Source of the DNA: Candidatus Hermodarchaeota archaeon
GTDB lineage: Archaea; Asgardarchaeota; Lokiarchaeia; Sigyniarchaeales; SOKP01
Assembly (NCBI GenBank): GCA_048885925.1
Contig: JBHLLG010000095.1
Coordinates: 1 to 10,938 of the forward strand
DNA: 10,938 nucleotides
Direction: 5' to 3'
The notes beneath the pieces are model-generated. The model was not told the DNA's origin, did not search any database, and saw only the letters and a list, made by a program, of their open reading frames with translations. A program made the translations under genes and the position numbers. Positions 1 through 6,667 of this stretch are shown in pieces (positions within the stretch are counted from its first letter, which is position 1; the number at the start of each line of letters is the position of its first letter).

Positions 1-2
1 CC

Positions 3-218
3 GAGGATATGACTCCCAGAGAAAAAGTACTTGATAAAGCAGGAATGGAAATAGAAGCTGAAGAAAAAAAACCAGTCAAAGAAAAACCTCATGGAGAAAA
101 AAAGCGTAAAAAAGAAGAAAAAGTGGAAAAAGAGAAGATCTTCTGTTCATTCTGTGGAGAAGAACTAGATGAAGATTATCCCACATGTCCTTATTGCCGA
201 GCGGCAAGAAATTTCTAA
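3..218 (+). CDS. Probably 5'-truncated protein with a Lys/Glu-rich linker and C-terminal zinc ribbon
   Basis: The frame is open to the left edge (gag gat atg from base 3), so the ATG at 9 may be internal. It ends in CSFC-x10-CPYC, preceded by a K/E-rich low-complexity stretch. Confidence 0.75.
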   Translation, partial: EDMTPREKVLDKAGMEIEAEEKKPVKEKPHGEKKRKKEEKVEKEKIFCSFCGEELDEDYPTCPYCRAARNF

Positions 219-357
219 TATTCTAAAAAGATATCAAAAAACTATTTTCTTATCAATAAACTAATAAAAATAAATAATAGTAAAAACTAAATATTAAAAT
301 AAAGATTTTTGAAAACCAAAATTTAATTTTATTTTAAAAAATTAAGTGGAAAAAATT

Positions 358-1134
358 ATGCCGAGAGCAGGGAGAAGAGCACTGGAAAGAGAATATGATC
401 CCCTTGATGTATATAGTAAATGGGATAAAATTGGAGCCAAGACGATCTATTATGGCTTTATACTTGGTACAGTAGTAGTTGTATTAGGTGTATGGGTAGT
501 AATTATCTGGTTATTGGTTGGTGGAGGCTTTTGGGAATTTTGGAAAGGTATAGATCTTGGATTTCAAATTGCCATTATTGCTGGAGCAATTACTGGTCAT
601 TTATTCTTATTAGTCCTCTTTTATACACTGTTCCGTGGAGGAATGGTGCGATTATGCCAGATAATGTATAAAGATCGGTTAATTGCGAGTAAATGGGCCG
701 ATTATTACGGTTTACGTATGCTTGTAGGTGTTGCTCTTTTAGGGCTTTATATTACCCTTATAAGTGTTGTTATAGGTTTACTACCATCAACCTTTTTAGA
801 TGTAGTAAAGAAAGTATGGGCTTGGCAGGTTGAAACATTCAATGCGGGGTTATGGATTATGTGGGTAGGAGCACTTATATTTCTCTTTGTAATAATTATC
901 TTTCTTGGACTTATGATATGGAATAAAGGTGTATTTTGGGTTCTTTCACATGTCAAAGAAATTGAAGAGGAAATGGAAGTTGAGGAAAATATTAAGAAAG
1001 AAGCCATAAAGAATTCAGATGAAAGAACACTCAGAGATATTTACAAGAAAGAAACGGGACAAAAAGCAATACATCGAGGTAGAGAAACCCGTGGATATAA
1101 AGAGTGGAAACAAAAGCTAGGAATAAAGGAATAA
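358..1134 (+). CDS. Uncharacterised integral membrane protein (about 4 TM helices, charged C-terminal tail)
   Basis: ORF of 258 aa from ATG 358 (262 aa from GTG 346). Four long hydrophobic segments, then an acidic helical stretch and the motif YKKETGQKAIHRGRETRGYKEW. Confidence 0.85.
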   Translation: MPRAGRRALEREYDPLDVYSKWDKIGAKTIYYGFILGTVVVVLGVWVVIIWLLVGGGFWEFWKGIDLGFQIAIIAGAITGHLFLLVLFYTLFRGGMVRLCQIMYKDRLIASKWADYYGLRMLVGVALLGLYITLISVVIGLLPSTFLDVVKKVWAWQVETFNAGLWIMWVGALIFLFVIIIFLGLMIWNKGVFWVLSHVKEIEEEMEVEENIKKEAIKNSDERTLRDIYKKETGQKAIHRGRETRGYKEWKQKLGIKE

Positions 1135-1140
1135 AACGTT

Positions 1141-1173
1141 AAAAAATAAAAGAGTATTTAAAAATTTTTTTTT
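1141..1173. terminator. Putative bidirectional archaeal oligo(U) terminator
   Basis: 44-nt gap between convergent stop codons. T9 run at 1165-1173 for the + gene; A-runs at 1141-1151 read as U-runs for the - gene. Confidence 0.45.
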
Positions 1174-1178
1174 ATTTC

Positions 1179-2111
1179 TTATCTTCTCATCATTCGTGGA
1201 TTTCTGAATAAATCCATTTCTTGTTTTGGCATTTTGTAATCAGTGGTTGCTGTCTTTTTCATTTGTTTATAAAACTTCTTAATCATCTTTTCTGCATCGT
1301 GCATAAAATTACAGATGCATCCAAATAATATCATATAGAGTACAAAACTTTTGTCTTTTGCATAGGCTTCATCAGAAATCTGAATTTCAAAATTTTTCTG
1401 TACTCTTTGACCGTCTACTCGAGCAACTTTTTGATCACCGATATAGATCCAGTAATTTCTACCTGGACCTACAATACCCTTTGCCATAACTACTTGGAGT
1501 TTATCATCTTTTTGTTCTGGAAGAAGTGGCCAATTCCATCTTGTTCCCAATAATCTCCAACCTCTTACTACTTTAGCTAAATGGATCATTCTTGGATTCT
1601 GCATAATAAAAACAGGGGCAGGGTGTCTGATTTCATAACTTTGGATTAACGAGTGAGACACACTAAATTCAAATCCACCTTTAAAGGTTCCCCCTTTGGG
1701 TTGTGCATCCATTGATTCTTCCATAATGGTAAAAATACGACATACTAGACGTTTTTCTTCAAGAGGTTTTTCCTCCCAATCATCCTTACTAAACGCAATA
1801 ATGTACTTTTTCTCTCCATCTTCTTCTACTACTCCTTCAATATCGAAATTCTTAGAAAACCAACGTGTTTTAGCTTGGTATTTAAGCTGTTGATGAACTC
1901 CCAATTCTTCATCATGTAAACGAGTCCGCCAAAAATTTACTTTAATTTTTTTATACACTGCTTTTTTAGGTGGTACAGGAGCTTCTGGAGTTGGTTCTTT
2001 TTTTGATGGCTTGGAAACTTTCTTTTTTACCGGTTTAGCTCTTGCTTTTTCTCGAGGTTTAGCTTCCTTTTCCATTTTTTCTAATTCTTCTACTGGATCT
2101 TCTTCTGACAT
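1179..2111 (-). CDS. Hypothetical protein, probable LURP-one-related/Tubby-C/scramblase-like beta-barrel with a disordered K/E/P-rich N-terminus
   Basis: 310-aa ORF. The C-terminal pattern AKG...NYWIYIGDQKVARVD...NFEIQI...KSFVLYMILFGCICNF resembles the last strands plus buried hydrophobic helix of LOR/scramblase proteins (recognised by eye). The CDS is firm; the fold is tentative. Confidence 0.7.
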   Translation of the reverse strand: MSEEDPVEELEKMEKEAKPREKARAKPVKKKVSKPSKKEPTPEAPVPPKKAVYKKIKVNFWRTRLHDEELGVHQQLKYQAKTRWFSKNFDIEGVVEEDGEKKYIIAFSKDDWEEKPLEEKRLVCRIFTIMEESMDAQPKGGTFKGGFEFSVSHSLIQSYEIRHPAPVFIMQNPRMIHLAKVVRGWRLLGTRWNWPLLPEQKDDKLQVVMAKGIVGPGRNYWIYIGDQKVARVDGQRVQKNFEIQISDEAYAKDKSFVLYMILFGCICNFMHDAEKMIKKFYKQMKKTATTDYKMPKQEMDLFRNPRMMRR

Positions 2112-2330
2112 AAAATCACATCTATTATTTAATTTTTAAAATATTTATGTGTTAAGTTTATTTTCATTTAGATAATTAATAATTTTTACTTTAAACTTTT
2201 AGTTTATCAATTCATGTAAGAGTCCGTATTAATAAATCTTTCAATAATCTAAAATTATACTTAAGATGGTCTATTCAAGTTTAATTGCTCAATTTCAAAT
2301 TTGTTTTAATACCTGTACAATTTAAAAATC

Positions 2331-4508
2331 TCACTTTTTGAGTTTATGGTTCTTATCAATCTTTTCCAGCTTTTTCCCACGCTTAAGATAGTTCCTAATT
2401 AAAACAATAGAAGTAACACCAACAACGGAACTAATCGTTATTGCGGATATAATAATTATGGCTTTTAAAGCAAGAGGTAATCGAACAACAATATATACAT
2501 TGTTAGATAAAGTAAAGCCCATTTCATTATAAGCTGCCACCGCAAAATAGTATTTTCCGTTGGATAATCCAGTTACATGAAATGATGTCTCTGTGGTTAG
2601 ATTAGCTAAGCATGTGAGACTTCCATTTATAGAGGTGATTTGATTTGTATAACGAAATACAGAATAATTATCCGCTCTCTCAGATTCATCCCAATCTAGA
2701 TCAAAAGTACCGTCAGTGTCTGTTGGATCAGCATTATCAATCAAATTAAAAGGCTCTGGTCCAGGTACACTAACGTAAGTATAATTAGAAGACATTGTTT
2801 CACCAGTTTCATTATATGCAACGACCCTAAAATAATAATTTCCTTGTTTCAAAGACACTGAAAACGGAGTTGTTGCTGTTTGATAAGCGAGTAAGTCAAA
2901 TTTCTTACTAATATATGTAATTGGACTATCGGACATGTATATAGAATAATTTTCTGCACCCTCAGATTTCGTCCACGTTAGATTAAATTTACCATCATAA
3001 TCAGGACTCTCAGCGGTGCAATTTAAATAGAAGTCCCCAGGTGGATCTGGTGGATCAGTAAGAAGACCGTTAATTCCCCAGTACGGAAGCCTATAAGAAC
3101 CTGTCCAGAGAGAGTCGGGATACGCTGCAGGGTATTGAGAAAAAACCTTTACAACGCGAAGAACCACCTTAGTTCCATCGATATACTTCCAATGACAAAA
3201 TAAACTATAGCCGAAAGGATAACCATATATCAAATCATGGTTTAAAGGATTAAAAGCGGTTAATCCACCAACCCCAATAAAAGGATTGGTATTATTGATT
3301 TTTTCTAAAGCTGCTACAGTTACATCCGGATCAAAGGTTTGAGTCTCATTTACCGTTTTTACTAATAATTTAATAGCATCAAATGCACCTGCAGCGGTAA
3401 AATATGGATCAATACCATATTCATTGAAATAACTCGCAAAAAAGGGAATTGTCAATGGTGTTTTTGACGTATTATAGAAATATTGAAGGTTTACCACAAA
3501 TCGAAACGCACCTTCACTATAATCCCAATCTGTATACAAACTTCCAAAAGGACTGAAACTAAGGACTGCACATTGAGGTTTTACTTGTTGATATGCTTGA
3601 AACAACAATTTTCCAGTATCAGGACGACCAAACATTGAATAGACTTCCGAGATTCCAGCCGATTCAATAATATTCCAATAATTTATATAATCTGTAAGTG
3701 TAGCTCCAGTTGGGATTATAATGTCTTCTTCAACACCTATACCATATGAAGGAAGAGTATTCTTGATTTCGATAGCGAAAAAACCGAAAAGATCTATATC
3801 TTCACGTATTATTGCTGTCTTGTTTATTATGCCGGCATCTATACTATTTAAATAATAAACACCCATAATTGCGTAATTTAAATAATCCCATAATATACCA
3901 GTTAGATTAGCGGGTGAGATCCTGAAAAAATACTTATATTTCTCATAATTGCTTAGAACTCTTTCACATATTGTATTAGCGCCATCTCCGGTTCCCAGAA
4001 ATGGAATTTTGTTATCCATTACTACATCTTGATAATCACGAAGCTCAGAGCCACCAATAATGAAATGAGGGTGGTGTTCTTTTATGATTTTTTTAGCGGC
4101 TGCAATTGGTTCTGATACTGATCCATATACTTCATTGGTATTTTCTGCTACAAGGCCTACATAATAATTATTTCCATTTATTATGATACCCCCTTCCTCA
4201 TTAACTTCTTTTGCTGCGAGATATGCCCCCTTCCAAGCATGGACGCCTGTTATATAATTTAAATCGTCTAATACTCCAACTTTCATTATCCGGTTTAACG
4301 GTACAGTTTCTGGACCACCTGGAACGATATAATCATGTGAGGGATAAAGGTCAACACTGAAATAATATACACCAGCAATAATACTCGCGATTGTAATAAC
4401 ACCTATAATCCCACCAATGAGGAGTGACTTCTTTTGAGCTCTTAGCCTTTGGATTTTTAGAAATTTCTTTTTTTCATTAGGAATCTTATCGCTGATCTTC
4501 ACTCTCAT
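2331..4508 (-). CDS. Membrane-anchored type-1 periplasmic-binding-fold protein (LivJ/branched-chain amino acid ABC substrate-binding-like) with two FN3-like domains and a C-terminal TM; copy A
   Basis: Basic N-tail and TM (LLIGGIIGVITIASIIAGVYYF). LivJ-family motifs MKVGVL, GAYLAAKEVNEEGGI, KIPFL, YFFRISP, AFDAIKLL. PPDPPG linker. Two repeats of LxW...AxNYS...GxYYFxVxAYNExG. TM plus Lys-rich tail. ATG at 4508 is shared by both copies; TTG at 4520 is the alternative start. Confidence 0.85.
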   Translation of the reverse strand: MRVKISDKIPNEKKKFLKIQRLRAQKKSLLIGGIIGVITIASIIAGVYYFSVDLYPSHDYIVPGGPETVPLNRIMKVGVLDDLNYITGVHAWKGAYLAAKEVNEEGGIIINGNNYYVGLVAENTNEVYGSVSEPIAAAKKIIKEHHPHFIIGGSELRDYQDVVMDNKIPFLGTGDGANTICERVLSNYEKYKYFFRISPANLTGILWDYLNYAIMGVYYLNSIDAGIINKTAIIREDIDLFGFFAIEIKNTLPSYGIGVEEDIIIPTGATLTDYINYWNIIESAGISEVYSMFGRPDTGKLLFQAYQQVKPQCAVLSFSPFGSLYTDWDYSEGAFRFVVNLQYFYNTSKTPLTIPFFASYFNEYGIDPYFTAAGAFDAIKLLVKTVNETQTFDPDVTVAALEKINNTNPFIGVGGLTAFNPLNHDLIYGYPFGYSLFCHWKYIDGTKVVLRVVKVFSQYPAAYPDSLWTGSYRLPYWGINGLLTDPPDPPGDFYLNCTAESPDYDGKFNLTWTKSEGAENYSIYMSDSPITYISKKFDLLAYQTATTPFSVSLKQGNYYFRVVAYNETGETMSSNYTYVSVPGPEPFNLIDNADPTDTDGTFDLDWDESERADNYSVFRYTNQITSINGSLTCLANLTTETSFHVTGLSNGKYYFAVAAYNEMGFTLSNNVYIVVRLPLALKAIIIISAITISSVVGVTSIVLIRNYLKRGKKLEKIDKNHKLKK

Positions 4509-4529
4509 CAATATTTTCAAGGTGATTTT

Positions 4530-4548
4530 TATTATAATTGTTATAATT
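4530..4548 (-). promoter_or_regulatory. Putative TATA box(es) for the binding-protein gene, copy A
   Basis: Minus strand reads ataattataacaattataata. TTATAATA is centred about 26 nt upstream of ATG 4508, consistent with a leaderless transcript. Identical in copy B. The AT-rich background lowers confidence. Confidence 0.4.
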
Positions 4549-4792
4549 ATCAGTATTTTTATGCAAAAATGAATTAAATAAAAAATAAGCAGGAAAAGGT
4601 AAAACTGGCCATATTTTTATATGTACCATCATTGATTTCACATAAATTGGTTTTTAAAATACAATTAAGATAACCTAAAATTTAAGCATATTGTAGAATA
4701 TAGTAGAATGGTTAGGTATGTCAACCCTATGATCAGAAATACCTCAGCCACATTTAATTTTCAATTGATTAATAATTCATTGTTGTCGTTAA

Positions 4793-6352
4793 TTATTCGA
4801 GTTCAATTTTATTATTGCATGACCAGCATGTTTCGCCTTTCTTCTTTAAGACAGTAGCACATTTCATGCAATAATAAGTTTCACACTTAGGACAAATATA
4901 TACTGCCCCAACAATTTTTCCTCTATGTACAACACATGTATGATACTCTTTTTCTACACTCACTTCAGCTTCAGTTTTTCGTAATTCTTCTAATTCCTGA
5001 GAGCTTAATGTGGTTCTGGAAATTAATTTTTCTCTTGAGGATCTTTTTCTAAAAACATACAATCCAACAGCGACCATCGCACCGGCTATAGAAATCACGA
5101 TTATCATGACGATTTCAGGAGGAAATCCATTTTTATCTATGCACTTATTATTTTTAAATTTATTTCCTTCACATTCTTCTTCTTCTAGAGCGACGAAATT
5201 GTCACATACATCGTTGTCATATACATAATTATAATTAGATTTTACTAAATATAGACCATACTTAGTGTTATTGTTTATCTTATTTTCCATAATGTCTGTA
5301 TAATTAGAATTTTCCAAATAAATTCCAATTGCATTATCAATTATGTTGTTATTAGTGATATTATTAATCTCAGAATTCATTAACAAAATGCCAGTATCTA
5401 TATTAGAACTTATATTGTTTTCAAAAAATTGGTTATATCCTTTATCCTCTAAATGAATACCATATTCATTTCTACTAATGTTATTTTTAGATGTCATAAT
5501 ACCTGAACAACTATCCATTTCTACCCCTGAGTAATCGTTGTTATATATTTCATTATTATATAAAAAGTCCTCTAAACCTTCAGTTATTAATATTCCAGAT
5601 TTATCATTATTATATATTTTATTATTTAAAATGTTGTTTCTCCGAGTAAAGACGAGTCTTATACCGTTGTTATAGTTATTATATATTGAATTATAAGCAA
5701 TAATATTGGTGCCCGGATTATTAGCTAAATAAATGCCATCATTATTATTGCTTATATTATTCAATGTAATTATATGATTCTCACCTATTGACGTCTTCAG
5801 CCCATAACTAGTGTTATTATTTATGATATTTCCAGATATGTTATTATTTTTACCCGATTTTAATAATATACCGTTTCCTTTATTGTTGGAGCAGTTATTT
5901 TTAATTAATTTTCCATTGTTTACAAACATTAACTTAATTCCTCCATTTTCATCCAAATCAGGTCCAGAATTAGATAGCGTACAATTTCTAATTATAAAAT
6001 AATCATTTGAATCTCTAATCTCGATACAATTGCCCAGGCCTTGACCATCAATTGTAATATTTTCAATAATATATGGATTTTCTAAAGTTCCATTACCTCC
6101 ACCATACCAGGTTTGATTTTCAAACCACGTCCAATTATGAGCTCCAATTCCAGTCCAATCACCATCAATAAAAATGGGTGTTCCGGTAAGATTCCAAAAA
6201 CCTGAAGATTTTAGATTCTTTTCTGTCTGATTCTCAGAATTTATAAGCATTTCTATTGTAGTTAAATTAGAATATAGATTAACCCTGTTTGTTAATAATG
6301 AGATAAAAGTGAGTGTAACTAAGATAATGGTAATTTTCTTAGGTAAATTCAT
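4793..6352 (-). CDS. NosD-like right-handed parallel beta-helix surface protein with TM helix and cytoplasmic RING-like zinc finger; copy A
   Basis: N-terminal signal/anchor. Cap motif GNGTLENPYIIENITIDG...YFIIRNCT. Many ~22-24 aa repeats of GIxLxxxxxNxIxxNxIxNN. TM at about 5051-5113 followed by RKR. Eight-ligand zinc motif at 4817-4936. Confidence 0.9.
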   Translation of the reverse strand: MNLPKKITIILVTLTFISLLTNRVNLYSNLTTIEMLINSENQTEKNLKSSGFWNLTGTPIFIDGDWTGIGAHNWTWFENQTWYGGGNGTLENPYIIENITIDGQGLGNCIEIRDSNDYFIIRNCTLSNSGPDLDENGGIKLMFVNNGKLIKNNCSNNKGNGILLKSGKNNNISGNIINNNTSYGLKTSIGENHIITLNNISNNNDGIYLANNPGTNIIAYNSIYNNYNNGIRLVFTRRNNILNNKIYNNDKSGILITEGLEDFLYNNEIYNNDYSGVEMDSCSGIMTSKNNISRNEYGIHLEDKGYNQFFENNISSNIDTGILLMNSEINNITNNNIIDNAIGIYLENSNYTDIMENKINNNTKYGLYLVKSNYNYVYDNDVCDNFVALEEEECEGNKFKNNKCIDKNGFPPEIVMIIVISIAGAMVAVGLYVFRKRSSREKLISRTTLSSQELEELRKTEAEVSVEKEYHTCVVHRGKIVGAVYICPKCETYYCMKCATVLKKKGETCWSCNNKIELE

Positions 6353-6378
6353 GAAAATCTCAATTTCTAGTAAGAAAA

Positions 6379-6394
6379 ATTTATAATTTCATTT
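6379..6394 (-). promoter_or_regulatory. Putative BRE/TATA promoter of beta-helix gene A
   Basis: Minus strand aaatgaaa-TTATAAAT, with the TATA element 27-34 nt upstream of ATG 6352. Preserved in copy B even though the adjacent coding sequence has diverged. Confidence 0.55.
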
Positions 6395-6475
6395 ACATAT
6401 TTGCAGAAACTTAAGATCATCTTATTATCCTAGAATTAATAAATTTAATCGAATCAATTGCCTTTAATAAAAAAA

Positions 6476-6625
6476 TCAAAAAATAATTCGAAAAAAGATT
6501 GTATCATTAATTGAATCTAAAATTTCTCTCAATCTCTCTTTTTTAATAATATTTATTACTATTGCAATGATTGTTAATCCTCCAAAATTCATAATAAGAA
6601 GAATAAATGGCTAAAGGTTACCAGA
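6476..6625 (-). pseudogene. Possible remnant of a surface-protein C-terminal membrane anchor (or a 38-aa small ORF at 6476-6592)
   Basis: Minus-strand translation SGNL*PFILLIMNFGGLTIIAIVINIIKKERLREILDS...: a hydrophobic stretch followed by KKxR, interrupted by TAG at 6611-6613. Confidence 0.3.
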
Positions 6626-6667
6626 TTCACGATTTAAAGCTATATAGATGTTAAATTTTTAAAAATA

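Larger units (their letters stand above)
2321..6450. repeat. Tandem duplication unit, copy A (~4.1 kb, two genes plus upstream region)
   Basis: Aligns with 6658-10802 at offsets 4337-4367. Similarity begins at tttaaaaat just past the stop codon and extends about 100 nt upstream of the beta-helix gene start. Confidence 0.93.

Noticed and set aside
747-1893. Short antisense ORFs 747-1007 (-) and 1696-1893 (+)
   Set aside because: They lie entirely opposite longer, well-formed genes and have no recognisable motifs; shadow ORFs.
2331-2360. Di-lysine (KKxx/KxKxx) retrieval motif at the binding-protein C-terminus
   Set aside because: The tail ends HKLKK with Leu at position -3, so it does not fit; the positive-inside rule explains it.
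4713-4745. Hairpin aggtat/atacct in the conserved intergenic region
   Set aside because: Short stem with a weak interior; the copy B substitution breaks it without compensation.
4740-4782. SECIS-like element (ATGA...AA...GA) downstream of beta-helix gene A
   Set aside because: The helix pairs poorly, ATGA is ATAA in copy B, and no in-frame TGA interrupts the genes.
5150-5950. Periodic attatt/ttgtt repeats suggesting a CRISPR array or satellite
   Set aside because: They are Asn/Ile codons of the beta-helix repeats; there is no fixed repeat-spacer structure.
4793-6352. Calling these genes nosD (and the binding-protein genes livJ/livK)
   Set aside because: Only the fold families match. There is no nos or liv operon context and extra domains are present, so no gene symbols were assigned.
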